This document shows, piece after piece, positions 40,744 to 53,273 of a DNA stretch of 64,000 nucleotides. Under the pieces are notes generated by a model. That model was not told the origin of the DNA, made no database searches, and saw nothing but the letters and a program-made list of their open reading frames with translations. The stretch is from an uncultured cyanobacterium (GTDB lineage Bacteria; Cyanobacteriota; Cyanobacteriia; Cyanobacteriales; Cyanobacteriaceae): NCBI GenBank assembly GCA_963710605.1, contig CAVQBA010000006.1, positions 32,001 to 96,000 of the forward strand. The letters are read 5' to 3'. Position 1 is the first letter of the stretch, and each line of letters begins with the position of its first letter. Both the position numbers and the translations under genes were made by a program.

Positions 40744-41204
40744 TGTTTTAAATAATTGAAAAATAATTAGTAGTAAGTAATACATTTTTCAAAAGATAAA
40801 TAGAGATAAAATTAGTTTAAATTAATCGAAAATATAGTAATAAAAAAAACTAATACGTTTTGAAGATTAAAATTGAAAAAAACTAAGCTAATTGTTAATT
40901 TTATATTTTTGCGACGGTTAAAGCTAGATAGCAAAGGTAATCACTAATTAGTACTTTACTTTAGAGTTGATTAAAAATAGATAAAACATAAGTATTAATC
41001 AATTCAATTAACTAAAAAAAACAAGTTAAAGTATTTGTTTAAGTGTATCTTTGTAGTATTATTTACTAAAATCAAAAAATACAATTAATTAAGAGTAATC
41101 ATTTTGTTGAATATTCCTTTTTTAACCTAAAGGATTAATAGTTGATTTGCATAAATAAGCAATGATAGGATGAACAAATAATTTATAGTCAAGAGCGAAC
41201 CTTT

Positions 41205-42236
41205 ATGACAAAAGACTGGTCACACTTACTTACCCAACTTTTAGAGCAAGAATCTCTAACAGAAACACAAGCAGGAGAGTTAATGAGTGGATGGCTCAAA
41301 ACTCAAATTTCTCCAGCCCTTTCAGGGGCTATTTTGACTGCAATTCAAGCTAAAGGTGTTAGTGCAACCGAATTAGCAGGAATGGCTAAAGTGCTTAAGT
41401 CTCAATCAGTTCAATCTCAACTAACTAACTATACTATTCCTGTCATTGATACTTGCGGTACGGGTGGTGATGGTGCTTCTACTTTTAATATTTCTACTGC
41501 CGTCGCTTTTGTTGCCTCCGCTGGGGGTGTTAAAGTGGCAAAACATGGTAATCGCTCCGCTTCTAGTAAAGTTGGTTCGGCTGATGTTTTAGAATATTTA
41601 GGAGTTAAACTTAATGCGGATGAGTCAATTTACCAAAAAGCATTAGCCGAAGTAGGTATTACTTTTTTGTTCGCACCAGGATGGCATCCAGCTATGAAAG
41701 CGATCGCACCTATTCGTCAAGAATTGAAGATTAGGACTATTTTTAATCTTTTAGGGCCATTAGTCAATCCCCTTAATCCGACAGCACAAGTTATCGGTGT
41801 CTATCATCCTCGCTTAATCAAACCTATAGCCGAGGCTTTACAGTTACTTAATTGCCAAAAAGCGATCGTTGTTTATGGGCGAGAAAAACTAGATGAAGCT
41901 GGATTAGGAGATATTAGCGACATCGCCTTATTAGACAATCAAAACTTAACTATCACAACTATTAATCCTCAAGAATTAGGCTTAACAAAGGCATCGTTAT
42001 CTGAGCTAAAAGGTGGTAATGTAGCCGAAAACGCCGAAATTCTGACTAAAGTATTGCAAGGAAAAGGTACACCTGCCCAAACTGATGTAGTTGCACTTAA
42101 TTCTTCTTTAGCTTTGCAAGTAGCTGGGGTGATTCCGATGGGAGAACATCGTCAAGGAATAGAGATAAGCCAAGAAATCATTAGCAATGGTAAAGCATGG
42201 CATAAATTAAGTCAATTAGTTGACTGGTTTTGTTAA
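41205..42236 (+). CDS. trpD: Anthranilate phosphoribosyltransferase
   Basis: [23 protein letters not shown] and FNLLGPL.NP motifs. Confidence 0.97.
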   Translation: MTKDWSHLLTQLLEQESLTETQAGELMSGWLKTQISPALSGAILTAIQAKGVSATELAGMAKVLKSQSVQSQLTNYTIPVIDTCGTGGDGASTFNISTAVAFVASAGGVKVAKHGNRSASSKVGSADVLEYLGVKLNADESIYQKALAEVGITFLFAPGWHPAMKAIAPIRQELKIRTIFNLLGPLVNPLNPTAQVIGVYHPRLIKPIAEALQLLNCQKAIVVYGREKLDEAGLGDISDIALLDNQNLTITTINPQELGLTKASLSELKGGNVAENAEILTKVLQGKGTPAQTDVVALNSSLALQVAGVIPMGEHRQGIEISQEIISNGKAWHKLSQLVDWFC

Positions 42237-42478
42237 ATTATTTTGTTTTTTGACAAAAATTACTGAAATAAACTCCAATTAAGTTATAATCTTGCTGAGT
42301 AGAATTGACTAGGTATATCAAATCTTTATTAAACTACTCAGGGACTCATAGCAATACTTCCAAACGATCGATAACTTTTAATCATATATTATCCTATAAT
42401 TGATTAGTAAAAATTTTCTTTTGCTGGCGATTATTTCTGACTATACTAAAAACAAGTCAATATTATTAGTGACTTATT

Positions 42479-43756
42479 ATGAACGAAAACGAACTAAACC
42501 TATCCGAATTTATCAAAGTATCTAACTCTATGTCAACTAATGGCGATCGCACAAAAACTGTGATCAAAAAAGTTGCCAGCCCTCAGCAAGGAAAATTAGA
42601 ACCAGAAATGAACCCTAACCAGATTGTACCGAGTAATATAGCGAAAATAAAAGTAATTGGTGTTGGTGGTGGTGGTTGTAATGCAGTTAATCGGATGATT
42701 CAAAGTAACGTCGTCGGTATTGAATTTTGGCAAATTAATACTGATGCTCAAGCATTAGCTCAATCCATGGCGACTTACTGCTTACAAGTTGGACAAAAAC
42801 TAACTAGAGGTTTAGGTGCAGGAGGAAACCCAGCTATTGGGCAAAAAGCGGCTGAAGAATCAAGAGATGAGATAGCCAAAGCATTAGAAAATACAGATTT
42901 AGTTTTTATCACCGCCGGGATGGGTGGTGGTACAGGTACAGGTGCCGCACCTGTCGTGGCTGAAATAGCCAAAGATATGGGTTGTTTGACAGTTGGGGTT
43001 GTCACTCGTCCGTTTACTTTTGAAGGTCGCCGTCGTACCAAGCAAGCAGAAGCAGGAATTAAAGACTTAGAAAGTAAAGTCGATACTTTGATTGTTATTC
43101 CTAATAACAAGCTACTTTCAGTGATTCCGGCGGATACTCCTTTACAAGAATCATTCCGTATGGCTGATGATACCCTCAGACAAGGAGTTCAAGGTATTTC
43201 GGATATTATTACAATTCCGGGATTAGTTAACGTTGATTTTGCCGATGTTAGAGCTGTGATGGCTGATGCTGGTTCGGCTTTGATGGGAATAGGTATTAGT
43301 TCAGGTAAATCTCGGGCAAAAGAAGGTGCGATCGCCGCTATTTCTTCTCCTTTAATTGAATCTTCGATCGAAGGAGCGACTGGTGTGGTGTTAAACATTA
43401 CAGGTGGAAAAGATTTGACTTTACACGAAGTTAATACCGCCGCTGAGACAATTTACGATATAGTCGATCCAGATGCTAATATTATTTTTGGTGCAGTAGT
43501 CGATGAGTCAATGCAAGGTGAGGTAAGAGTAACAGTAATCGCCACCGGTTTTTCAGGACAAAATACGACTATTGTTCAAGAAGAAGTTAAACAAATAACG
43601 ACTCCTCGTGTTAATCCTAATCAGGTTCAACAAAATACTAATACTGTCACTCATGAGCAAAAGGTAGTTCCCCCAAAACCAGCCGAAGATGACGATTTAA
43701 CTTCAGGATTAGATATTCCAGAATTCTTGCAACGTCGTCGTTTTCCACGTAACTAA
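42479..43756 (+). CDS. ftsZ: Cell division protein FtsZ
   Basis: GVGGGG.NAV, GGGTGTG tubulin signature, NVDFAD and C-terminal LDIPEFL core. Confidence 0.98.
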   Translation: MNENELNLSEFIKVSNSMSTNGDRTKTVIKKVASPQQGKLEPEMNPNQIVPSNIAKIKVIGVGGGGCNAVNRMIQSNVVGIEFWQINTDAQALAQSMATYCLQVGQKLTRGLGAGGNPAIGQKAAEESRDEIAKALENTDLVFITAGMGGGTGTGAAPVVAEIAKDMGCLTVGVVTRPFTFEGRRRTKQAEAGIKDLESKVDTLIVIPNNKLLSVIPADTPLQESFRMADDTLRQGVQGISDIITIPGLVNVDFADVRAVMADAGSALMGIGISSGKSRAKEGAIAAISSPLIESSIEGATGVVLNITGGKDLTLHEVNTAAETIYDIVDPDANIIFGAVVDESMQGEVRVTVIATGFSGQNTTIVQEEVKQITTPRVNPNQVQQNTNTVTHEQKVVPPKPAEDDDLTSGLDIPEFLQRRRFPRN

Positions 43757-44062
43757 AGTATTGTTTAGCTATTAGTGATTATTGATTGAGATTGAATACC
43801 AAAATTATCACAATCAAAGGTAAAAGTTATTCTTCTTAGCCATGGTTATTGACTAGTAATGATTAATTATTAGCTAAACAAACACAAAATATAATTAGAA
43901 GGAAAATAGCCTCTAACCAACGAGAAATAGATGGTTTGACTCAATAAATTATTGTTTTTGATCAATTAGCGAAAATATTAATTGATAAATAGTTTTTATT
44001 TATTGACACTTTTAGTTAGAATTGAAGTTAAAATAATAGGTAAAATTACTGGTTAAGGTATT

Positions 44063-44323
44063 ATGACTAGTAGCAAAACGAATCAATCAGCATCCTTGTC
44101 TGAGAGGGAAATAGAAATTTTGGATTTAGTCGCCACTGGCTTAACCAATCATGACATTGCCCTCAAGCTAGAAATTAGCAAAAGAACAGTTGACAATCAT
44201 ATTAGTAATATTCTCACTAAAACTAAAACTGACAATCGTGTTGAATTAGTTCGTTGGGCATTACAATGGGGCAAAATTTGTCTTGATCAAGTCAATTGTT
44301 GTACTCTTCCTCATACTTTGTGA
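44063..44323 (+). CDS. pedR: Small LuxR-type regulator PedR
   Basis: LSERE..HTH..RTVDNHISNILTKT, RWALQWGK.C....CC. Confidence 0.85.
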   Translation: MTSSKTNQSASLSEREIEILDLVATGLTNHDIALKLEISKRTVDNHISNILTKTKTDNRVELVRWALQWGKICLDQVNCCTLPHTL

Positions 44324-44449
44324 ATCAGTTTGATTCATTTGTTGACGGGTATTTAGTAAAGCAACTATGATAAAAGGGTTATGCTTAATAATACAACAAA
44401 ATTTCCCCTCTAAAAATAACTGTAAGTAAACCTTTTTATTATCAAAGAT

Positions 44450-45526
44450 ATGACTGCAACTTTACAAATACCCACGACAAAACGTCGTGTAGTTTTTCCT
44501 TTTACGGCAATTGTGGGGCAAGAACAAATGAAACTTGCGTTACTACTTAATGTCATCGATCCTACCATTGGTGGTGTCATGATTATGGGCGATCGAGGTA
44601 CAGGTAAATCAACAACAATCAGAGCATTAGCTGATTTATTACCTGAAATTGATGTAGTCAATGGTGACTTTTACAATTCTTCTGCCGATGATTTAGAGTT
44701 GATGGGGGATGAAGTTAGAGAAAAAATTCAAAACCAAGAAGAATTAGAAATAGTTAAAAAGAAAGTACCGATGGTTGATTTGCCTTTAGGGGCGACTGAA
44801 GATCGAGTTTGTGGTACGATCGATATCGAAAAAGCCTTATCTGAAGGTATAAAAGCATTTGAACCGGGTTTGCTCGCTAAAGCGAATCGGGGTATTCTTT
44901 ATGTTGATGAAGTTAATCTTCTTGATGATCATTTAGTTGATGTTTTACTCGATTCTGCCGCTAGTGGCTGGAATACAGTTGAAAGAGAGGGTATTTCTAT
45001 TCGTCACCCTGCTCGATTTGTTTTAGTTGGTTCAGGTAATCCAGAAGAGGGTGAATTGCGTCCTCAGTTGCTCGATCGTTTCGGAATGCACGCAGAGATT
45101 AGAACAGTTAAACAGCCTGATTTAAGAGTCAAAATAGTCGAGCAAAGAGCCGATTTTGATCAAGACTCTCAATCATTTATGGCAGAGTATCAATCACAAC
45201 AAGAAGAATTACAAGAAAAACTAGTTAAAGCACAACAACTTTTACCTAAAGTAAATATTGATTACGATATTAGAGTTAAAATCTCGGAAATCTGTTCTGA
45301 ATTAGACGTAGATGGATTAAGAGGAGATATAGTTACTAATCGTGCCGCTAAAGCCATTGCCGCTATGGAAGAGCGTACTGAAGTGACTATTGATGATGTT
45401 CGTCGGGTTATGCCTTTATGTTTACGTCATCGCCTCAGAAAAGATCCCTTAGAAACGATCGATTCAGGATATAAAGTAGAAAAATCGATTAACCGTGTCT
45501 TCGGTTTAGATATAGAAGAAGAGTAA
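44450..45526 (+). CDS. chlI: Magnesium chelatase ATPase subunit I
   Basis: [27 protein letters not shown] and LYVDEVNLL motifs. Confidence 0.97.
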   Translation: MTATLQIPTTKRRVVFPFTAIVGQEQMKLALLLNVIDPTIGGVMIMGDRGTGKSTTIRALADLLPEIDVVNGDFYNSSADDLELMGDEVREKIQNQEELEIVKKKVPMVDLPLGATEDRVCGTIDIEKALSEGIKAFEPGLLAKANRGILYVDEVNLLDDHLVDVLLDSAASGWNTVEREGISIRHPARFVLVGSGNPEEGELRPQLLDRFGMHAEIRTVKQPDLRVKIVEQRADFDQDSQSFMAEYQSQQEELQEKLVKAQQLLPKVNIDYDIRVKISEICSELDVDGLRGDIVTNRAAKAIAAMEERTEVTIDDVRRVMPLCLRHRLRKDPLETIDSGYKVEKSINRVFGLDIEEE

Positions 45527-45615
45527 TTAATACCACTGCTATTTCCTCTTAGGAATCTAAATTAGGTACTTACATTAGTTAATTAGCAAAACCAAAACTA
45601 AAACCCAACAAATTA

Positions 45616-45651
45616 CCCCGCTTAAAGCCAAAGATTAAACTTTAAACGGGG
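45616..45651. terminator. Hairpin between convergent genes
   Basis: CCCCGCTTAAAG ... CTTTAAACGGGG, 11 of 12 positions pair. Confidence 0.5.
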
Positions 45652-45791
45652 ATGATTTTTAGATGATGACTATTGAAGTTATTCTTGAGAATCAAAATTT
45701 ACTAGCTAAGCACAATTGAAAAATGATTAGCACAGAAATAATGTAATCTAATAACTAAGATAGATAAATTTATCAAATCACAAAATATTGA

Positions 45792-45974
45792 TTATTGCTG
45801 ATCTTGTTGTTCAGACTTATTTTCATCTTTTTCTTCATCTTTCTTCTGGAAACCTCCATTTCCATATCCTCTACCACGACGAGAAGAGTAACGAGATTGT
45901 TTTTTACGGAATTTTCGAGCGTAAGCTTTATTTCTTTCAGCTTTTTCTTTTTTCGGATTTGGACGCTTTGACAT
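45792..45974 (-). CDS. Small basic conserved hypothetical protein
   Basis: MSKRPNPKKEKAERNKAYARKFRKK, preceded by a GAGG ribosome-binding site. Confidence 0.7.
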   Translation of the reverse strand: MSKRPNPKKEKAERNKAYARKFRKKQSRYSSRRGRGYGNGGFQKKDEEKDENKSEQQDQQ

Positions 45975-46116
45975 TGTTACCTCATTTATAGGACGTAATG
46001 CTTCTTGATCTTTATATTTGATTAAATCAACGAAGAAACATTATTATATCTCATCTCAAGTGTAACAGGATTTCATGTTTACACTATATCGATAATCTTA
46101 GAAACAAGAAGAGAAA

Positions 46117-46404
46117 TTATCGTAGCCGAGGATTACCACCACCACGATTAAAGTCTTTTTTCTCACGAGGTTTAGCTTTATTTACTCTTAATTCACGATT
46201 CATCCAGTCTGCACCATCAAGAGTTTCGATCGCTTTATCTTCTTCTTCTTCCGATGCCATTTCCACAAAGGCAAAACCTCTTACACGACCTGTTTCACGA
46301 TCTGTGGGAATATGTACTCTATTCACTGTTCCATATTCAGCGAATACTTCTTTTAAAGTTTCAGAAGTAACTTCATAGGGAAGATTTCCTATATAAATTG
46401 ACAT
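46117..46404 (-). CDS. RRM RNA-binding protein (Rbp family)
   Basis: MSIYIGNL (RNP2) and RGFAFVEM (RNP1). The likely start is the ATG at 46404, not the TTG at 46482. Confidence 0.93.
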   Translation of the reverse strand: MSIYIGNLPYEVTSETLKEVFAEYGTVNRVHIPTDRETGRVRGFAFVEMASEEEEDKAIETLDGADWMNRELRVNKAKPREKKDFNRGGGNPRLR

Positions 46405-46784
46405 GATGATTGTTTTTACGTAATTAAAATTATTTGTAGAGGGCGATAGAGATACTAGAAAACGGTCTGCGTTCCAAGTCAATAGACTTATACTTAAATA
46501 CTATCAATACTGAAAACAAACACTGCTATTAATCTTTAACTATCGACTTAATTGTAACATTGATTAGGCTACAATTACAACTCACTAATTATTATCATAT
46601 CGATAAAATGAAGAATTAATAATTAATAACTAATAAAAATAATGAGTACTTATTATACTTGTCTTCATGTGGATATCTATGTGCGTAGAAGATACACACC
46701 TGAGGAGGCTTCACTTGTGTTCGCAATTATCAATAATCAATTGCTATAGTAGATAGAGTAATCCCACGATAAGATTAAATAAGT

Positions 46785-48221
46785 ATGGATGAGTTACAGT
46801 GGCAAGAAGAAGACTGGGATAATACTATTTTAGATTTTGCCAACTTACAAGGCGAAATTAATTATCAAAAAGCACAAGAATCTTTACAAAATTTACTCAC
46901 TAATTTAGATTTAAAAGAAGAAGAGAAAACAGGGTTAGAAAAACAAATCAATCACCTCGAACAGATGTTAAATAATCTGGAAAACTCTGTAATTCAAATA
47001 GCCGCTTTTGGGATGGTAGGCAAAGGTAAATCTAGTGTTTTAAATGCTTTAATTGGTCAAGATTTGTTTATAACCGGACCATTACATGGTGTCACTCGTG
47101 AGATAGATAAAGGTAATTGGCATTTAGGTAAACATGATTTTGCTAATAGTCAATTTCCAGTTCAAAAATTAATTAAAGCCACTGAAAATGTTCAAATACA
47201 ATTACTAGATACCCCAGGGATTGATGAGATTGATGGCGAAAAATACGAAAAGTTAGCTCATGAAATTGCCCAAAATGTTGATTTAATTTTATTTGTGATA
47301 GCAGGAGATATTACACGAGTAGAATATCAAGCACTTTGCCAATTAAGAGAGGTGGGTAAACCGATGTTGTTAATCTTTAATAAAATCGATCAATATCCCA
47401 GTGCCGATCGAGAAGAAATTTATGCGACAATTAGAGACAAAAGGGTAAAAGAATTACTTTCTGCGGATGAGATTGTCATGGTAGCGGCTTCTCCTTTGAT
47501 TACTATTGCTCAAAAAGATGAAGCAGGAAAATTAAATGTGACTCGTCAACGAGGTAAACCGCAAATAGAAGATTTACAACTCAAGATTTTGCAGATTCTC
47601 CATCAAGAAGGTAAATCTTTGGTTGCTCTTAATACGATGTTATCCACAGGAAATATTAATCAAAAACTAGTTGAGCAAAAATTTATTTATCGTTTTGAAG
47701 AAGCCGAAAAAATAATTCAAAAAACAGTGATTACTAAAGCAACTGCGATCGCTTTTAATCCTGTCACGGCGATCGATTTATTTACCGGTGCAATAATCGA
47801 TATAGCGATGATTTTAAGTTTATCTCACCTGTATGGTATTCCCATGACACAATCTAGTGCGGTCAAATTATTACAAAAAATAGCCGTAAGTTTGGGTAGT
47901 CTGACAATTAGTGATATTTTAGTTACCTTTGGTTTAAGTTCGCTTAAAGGGGTATTAGGTTTAGCCACTCCTGCTACAGGTGGATTAGCTGTAGTACCTT
48001 ATTTATCTGTAGCGGTTACACAAGGATTAATCGCTGGATTTTATACTTATACGATCGCTCAAGTTACAAAAACTTATTTAGCCAATGGTGCATCATGGGG
48101 AGAAAATAGTCCTAAAGCTGTGGTAGAAAACATCATCAATTCTTTAGATGAAACTTCAATCATAAACCGTATCAAATGGGAATTAAAAGCCAAATTAGGC
48201 AAACAAATCAAGAATAGATAA
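46785..48221 (+). CDS. Era-like GTP-binding protein with DUF697 C-terminus
   Basis: GMVGKGKSS, DTPG and NKID motifs. Hydrophobic C-terminal NP...D region. Confidence 0.85.
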   Translation: MDELQWQEEDWDNTILDFANLQGEINYQKAQESLQNLLTNLDLKEEEKTGLEKQINHLEQMLNNLENSVIQIAAFGMVGKGKSSVLNALIGQDLFITGPLHGVTREIDKGNWHLGKHDFANSQFPVQKLIKATENVQIQLLDTPGIDEIDGEKYEKLAHEIAQNVDLILFVIAGDITRVEYQALCQLREVGKPMLLIFNKIDQYPSADREEIYATIRDKRVKELLSADEIVMVAASPLITIAQKDEAGKLNVTRQRGKPQIEDLQLKILQILHQEGKSLVALNTMLSTGNINQKLVEQKFIYRFEEAEKIIQKTVITKATAIAFNPVTAIDLFTGAIIDIAMILSLSHLYGIPMTQSSAVKLLQKIAVSLGSLTISDILVTFGLSSLKGVLGLATPATGGLAVVPYLSVAVTQGLIAGFYTYTIAQVTKTYLANGASWGENSPKAVVENIINSLDETSIINRIKWELKAKLGKQIKNR

Positions 48222-48257
48222 TATTGATAATTGAGAGAGTGCGAGAATAAATACTTT

Positions 48258-48334
48258 TTACTTCTTACTTCTTACTTCTTACTCCTTACTCCTTACTCCT
48301 TACTCCTTACTTCTTACTTCTTACTCATTACTTT
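48258..48334. repeat. Heptamer tandem repeat TTACTYH x11
   Basis: Eleven contiguous 7-mers, mostly TTACTTC and TTACTCC. Confidence 0.9.
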
Positions 48335-48449
48335 GCGACTCCTAAGTATTTTTCTGTAGTCGTGATTCAATTTAATGACGCAAATTGTTAAGATAGTTAC
48401 ACAGACAAACAACAAACATTTAGAATAAGAATATATATATTCAAAAACT

Positions 48450-48686
48450 ATGTCTTTAGCATTAACAGACGGTAACGTCGAAACAGTATTGGACGAATTA
48501 CGTCCTTATTTGATGGCAGACGGCGGTAATGTCGAACTTGTCGAAATTGAGGGACCTACAGTCAAGTTAAGATTACAGGGTGCTTGTGGCTCTTGCCCTA
48601 GTTCGGCAATGACTTTAAAAATGGGTATTGAACGTCGTTTAAGAGAGAAAATCCCCGAAATTTCTGAAGTAGAACAAGTATTTTAG
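48450..48686 (+). CDS. nfu: NifU/Nfu-type Fe-S scaffold protein
   Basis: [13 protein letters not shown] and [11 protein letters not shown] (CxxC). Confidence 0.93.
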   Translation: MSLALTDGNVETVLDELRPYLMADGGNVELVEIEGPTVKLRLQGACGSCPSSAMTLKMGIERRLREKIPEISEVEQVF

Positions 48687-48747
48687 AAACTTGATGATTG
48701 ATAATTGATAATTGATAGTTAATTTTTGTCAATTATCAATTTATTGA

Positions 48748-49266
48748 TTAAACTTTGGCTTCTAGAGATTTTAAATACTCAGTATTCACTCCCGATTCAC
48801 GAACTAGAGCTATTTTACCTGTACGAGCAATTTCTTTGACACCGAATTTAGTTAACATTGAGATAATTGCAACCATTTTACCGGGGTCACCTACCACTTC
48901 AAAGGTGAGACTATTATCAGACATATCGACCACTCTAGCACGGAAAATTTGAGCTATTTGTAGGGCTTCGTTACGATTATGGGTATCTGTACTAACTTTA
49001 ATTAACATCAATTCTCTTTCAACGCAAGGTGTCTTGGTGACATCTGTTACCTTCAGAACATTGACTAATTTATTTAGTTGTTTGGTTAGTTGCTCGATCG
49101 TATTTTCATCACCGGGTACAACCATTGTAATGCGGGAAATACCGTAAGTTTCGGCAGGTCCTACAGCTAGACTTTCAATATTAAAACCTCTACGGGCAAA
49201 TAAACCCGCTATTCTAGTCAGAACTCCTGCTTCGTCTTCTACTAGTACGCAAATAGTATGCTTCAT
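48748..49266 (-). CDS. ilvN: Acetolactate synthase small (regulatory) subunit
   Basis: [31 protein letters not shown] and EIARTG. Confidence 0.96.
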   Translation of the reverse strand: MKHTICVLVEDEAGVLTRIAGLFARRGFNIESLAVGPAETYGISRITMVVPGDENTIEQLTKQLNKLVNVLKVTDVTKTPCVERELMLIKVSTDTHNRNEALQIAQIFRARVVDMSDNSLTFEVVGDPGKMVAIISMLTKFGVKEIARTGKIALVRESGVNTEYLKSLEAKV

Positions 49267-49821
49267 TGATTGATATTTAAAGATTCGATTAGTAAATAAA
49301 ATTAACAGACTAAGGCTAATTTTTGGGTTGTCTTCTGCTATTGATTTAGCAATTAATTAAGCCCTTTATCTTAGCAAAATCTCTCCTATATCGCTACCAT
49401 TATGATTATTATTTAACGATCGATATTCTACTCACCTAATTATATTCTGGTTAGTAACTGTTCTCTAAATTAATCTCGACAATAATTGATAAATGTAAAA
49501 CAAATTTGCTTGATCTTGATTAAAACCATAAACTAAAATTTTGACTCGACAATTTGGGACAAAATAATAGTACAATCAAAAGATAATTTCACGTTATAAT
49601 ATCGTTACTGTTGTGTAGATTGAAAAGATATAAAAATTAATATACTTAAGTATTTTTACGCCGTAATAATTCAGTAAAATACAGTAAGTATAAAAGCAAA
49701 TATTACCTATATTTAAATAATAATTAAATAATCATCAACTAGTTATTTACAACTAAGGCAAATTTGACCGATAAAAGCACGATTAGTAAACAAAACAAGT
49801 TAAGAGAATCTAAAAAAAGCC

Positions 49822-51861
49822 ATGACTCAAACACCCATCTCTTCTTTTGATAATAAACAAGAAAAATTAAAAACGGCTCTTGTCAGTCCCGATTATTTTA
49901 ACCCCTTTGGTAACAAGTTAATTCAATCAGGATATATTGATAAAGAACAATTAAAAAATGCTTTAGTAAAAGTTCGCAATACCAACAAATCATTGGTAAA
50001 CGTTTTAGAAGAGATGACCAATAAAGCGTTATCTCCAGAATTGTTGAGGCAATATAAACAACATCATCTTTTTGAATTAAAAATATTATATGGTGTAGAT
50101 TCAGTCGATCCTGATACAGAAGAAATTCTTTCTGAGCAGATGGTTGATTTGATTGAATCAGTTATTGGTAGTCAGATTTGTGTCCGTCATAAGTTATTAC
50201 CTTTAAGGCGTTTAGAAACTGAACCACCGACGATCGTGATTGCAATGGTAAATCCAGATGATTTACAAGCATTAGATGACGTTAAAAGAAGATTACGCTC
50301 TAAAGGATTAGGAATTAGTCGAATTGTAATTACAGAAGAAGATTACAAAAGACTTTTAGATGAATTTTATGCTAACGAAAAACAAAGACAAAAAAGACAA
50401 GAAGAATTAAACGCTAAAAAAGAATCCGAAAGATTAGGTGATGTTAGCGATTTAGTTGATGACTTAGGAGAGCAAGGTTTAGATGAGGCGGCTGATGAAG
50501 GTGGAGATTTAGCTTCTACTGATGATGCGAATCAAGCTCCTATCATTAAATTAGTTAATAAAATTTTAATTAAAGCTTTACAAGAGCAAGCATCAGATAT
50601 TCATATTGAACCACAAGAAGAATTATTACGAGTTCGTTTACGTAAAGATGGTGTTTTAAAACAATACTTTACTTTACCTAAACACATTATTCCTGCGGTA
50701 GTAGCTCGTTTTAAAATTATGGGTGAATTAGACATTGCTGAGCGTCGTGTCCCTCAAGATGGCAAAATCCGAAGAGTATTCCAAGGACGAAATGTTGACT
50801 TTAGAATGAATACTCTTCCTAGTCGTTATGGGGAAAAAGTAGTCTTAAGGATTTTAGATAACTCAGCTACTCAATTAGGTTTAGATTTTCTAATTTCTGA
50901 TCCTGAAACATTAACTAAAGTTAGAGATGTTGCTAGTCGTTCTTTTGGTTTGATTTTAGTAACTGGCCCTACTGGATCGGGTAAATCCACGACATTATAT
51001 TCTGTATTAGCAGAAAGAAACGATCCAGAAGTTAATATCTCAACAGCCGAAGATCCGATCGAATATGCCTTACCCGGGATTACTCAGGTACAGGTAATTC
51101 GAGAAAAAGGAATGAATTTCGCTTCAATTTTAAGAGCATTTTTACGTCAAGATCCTGATATTATTCTGGTAGGGGAAACAAGAGACTCAGAAACAGCTAA
51201 AACAGCGATCGAAGCCGCTTTGACTGGTCACTTAGTCTTAACAACTCTTCATACTAACGATGCGGCAGGAGCGATCGCCCGTTTAGACGAAATGGGAGTT
51301 GAACCATTTATGATCTCAGGTGCATTACTAGGTGTATTAGCCCAACGTTTGATGCGTAAAGTCTGTAGCGAATGTAAAGAAGCTTATAACCCAACTAAAG
51401 AAGAATTAGCCCGTTTTGGCATGAGTTCGGCTAACGAAGATTCTATCACTTTTTATCGAGCAAAAACTTTGGATAAAAAACAATTAAAACAAGCCGAAGC
51501 TGATGGTACATTATGTTCTAAATGCGGTGGCGGTGGTTATAAAGGACGTATTGGGGTGTATGAATTTATGGTGATGAGTGAAAGACTCGAAAAACTAATC
51601 AACCAAGGTGCAACTACCGACATGATTAAAGAAGCCGCCGTTGATGAAGGGATGATTACGATACTTGCCTATAGTTTAAACTTAGTACGTGAAGGACATA
51701 CAACTTTAGAAGAAGTAGAAAGAGTAACCTTTACCGACTCTGGCTTAGAATCTGAACTTAAAGCTAAACGTAAAACATCTTTAACTTGCGAAAACTGCGA
51801 GGCTGAATTAAAACAAGATTGGTTAGATTGCCCTTATTGTTTGACACCTCGTTTTGCCTAA
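49822..51861 (+). CDS. pilB: Type IV pilus assembly ATPase
   Basis: ASDIHIEP, GPTGSGKST, LRQDPD and TGHLV motifs, plus the cyanobacterial C-terminal CxxC...CPYC extension. Confidence 0.95.
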   Translation: MTQTPISSFDNKQEKLKTALVSPDYFNPFGNKLIQSGYIDKEQLKNALVKVRNTNKSLVNVLEEMTNKALSPELLRQYKQHHLFELKILYGVDSVDPDTEEILSEQMVDLIESVIGSQICVRHKLLPLRRLETEPPTIVIAMVNPDDLQALDDVKRRLRSKGLGISRIVITEEDYKRLLDEFYANEKQRQKRQEELNAKKESERLGDVSDLVDDLGEQGLDEAADEGGDLASTDDANQAPIIKLVNKILIKALQEQASDIHIEPQEELLRVRLRKDGVLKQYFTLPKHIIPAVVARFKIMGELDIAERRVPQDGKIRRVFQGRNVDFRMNTLPSRYGEKVVLRILDNSATQLGLDFLISDPETLTKVRDVASRSFGLILVTGPTGSGKSTTLYSVLAERNDPEVNISTAEDPIEYALPGITQVQVIREKGMNFASILRAFLRQDPDIILVGETRDSETAKTAIEAALTGHLVLTTLHTNDAAGAIARLDEMGVEPFMISGALLGVLAQRLMRKVCSECKEAYNPTKEELARFGMSSANEDSITFYRAKTLDKKQLKQAEADGTLCSKCGGGGYKGRIGVYEFMVMSERLEKLINQGATTDMIKEAAVDEGMITILAYSLNLVREGHTTLEEVERVTFTDSGLESELKAKRKTSLTCENCEAELKQDWLDCPYCLTPRFA

Positions 51862-52000
51862 AAAGATAGAGATATATAGTATAGGTAACCGAAAAATTCG
51901 CACTATCACTATATTATTGATTCAAACTATAGATATTATCCTCATAGCTTAATCAGATTGAGCTATATTTAAACCAATTATTTAACCAAAAGGAAAAAAC

Positions 52001-53128
52001 ATGATGGATATAATGATCGAAGATTTGATGGAGCAACTAGTAGAATTAGGTGGCTCTGATATGCACATTCAAGCTGGCGCACCTGTTTATTTCCGTATTA
52101 GTGGTAAATTAACCCCTATTAATGACGAACTTCTTAGCCCTCAAGAATGTCAAAAGTTAATCTTTAGTATGCTAAATAATACTCAAAGAAAAACCTTAGA
52201 ACAAGAATGGGAACTAGATTGCTCTTATGGGGTGAAAGGTTTAGCTCGTTTTCGGGTTAATGTTTATAAAGAAAGAGGTTGTTACGCCGCTTGTTTGCGA
52301 GCATTATCCTCAAAAATACCTAACTTTGATCAATTAGGATTACCTGATATTATCAAAGATATGAGCGATCGTCCTCGTGGTTTAATTTTAGTGACAGGGC
52401 AAACAGGCTCAGGTAAAACAACAACCTTAGCGGCGATGTTAGATTTAATTAATCGAACTCGTGCAGAACATATCTTAACAGTTGAAGATCCGATCGAATA
52501 CGTCTTTAACAACGTCAATAGCCTTTTTCATCAACGTCAAAAGGGAGAAGATACCAGAAGTTTTGCGAATGCCCTGCGAGCCGCTTTAAGAGAAGATCCT
52601 GATATCATACTAGTAGGTGAGATGCGAGATTTAGAAACGATTTCTCTAGCTATTAGTGCCGCTGAGACAGGACACTTAGTTTTTGGGACACTTCATACTA
52701 GTTCAGCCGCTGGTACAATCGATCGGATTATTGATGTTTTTCCTGCCGCCGAGCAAGCTCAAATCAGAGCCATGCTTTCTAACTCATTATTAGCCGTGTT
52801 TGCTCAATGTTTACCGAAAAAACAAAACCCCAAACCCGGTGAATTTGGTCGAGCCTTAGCTCAAGAATTAATGATTATTACCCCAGCAATCGCTAACTTG
52901 ATTAGAGAAGCCAAAGCACCACAAATTTATTCGGCTATCCAAACAGGAGGAAAGCTGGGAATGCAAACAATGGAACAAGCTTTATCTAACCACGTAAAAA
53001 CGGGTACAATCTCCTTGGAAGAAGCATTAGCTAAAAGTGGTAAGCCAGAAGAGCTTAAACGCTTACTTGGTGGTTCGCTTGATGCTAGTAAAGGTAACAA
53101 CATGGTAGGACAAAAAAAACGTCGTTAA
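52001..53128 (+). CDS. pilT: Type IV pilus retraction ATPase
   Basis: GQTGSGKTT, LREDPD, AETGHLV and AIANLIRE motifs. Confidence 0.96.
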   Translation: MMDIMIEDLMEQLVELGGSDMHIQAGAPVYFRISGKLTPINDELLSPQECQKLIFSMLNNTQRKTLEQEWELDCSYGVKGLARFRVNVYKERGCYAACLRALSSKIPNFDQLGLPDIIKDMSDRPRGLILVTGQTGSGKTTTLAAMLDLINRTRAEHILTVEDPIEYVFNNVNSLFHQRQKGEDTRSFANALRAALREDPDIILVGEMRDLETISLAISAAETGHLVFGTLHTSSAAGTIDRIIDVFPAAEQAQIRAMLSNSLLAVFAQCLPKKQNPKPGEFGRALAQELMIITPAIANLIREAKAPQIYSAIQTGGKLGMQTMEQALSNHVKTGTISLEEALAKSGKPEELKRLLGGSLDASKGNNMVGQKKRR

Positions 53129-53273
53129 GATTAATTGATTATTAATTTTGAGGAAGCTGTTTTCTTTTCTATAGTTTTGACTAAACCGTAGGTAGATAAG
53201 TTTCCTTAGATTTAATTATTAATTACAAATTATAAATTATAAATTATTAATTATGTAAAGAGGTATCACAACT

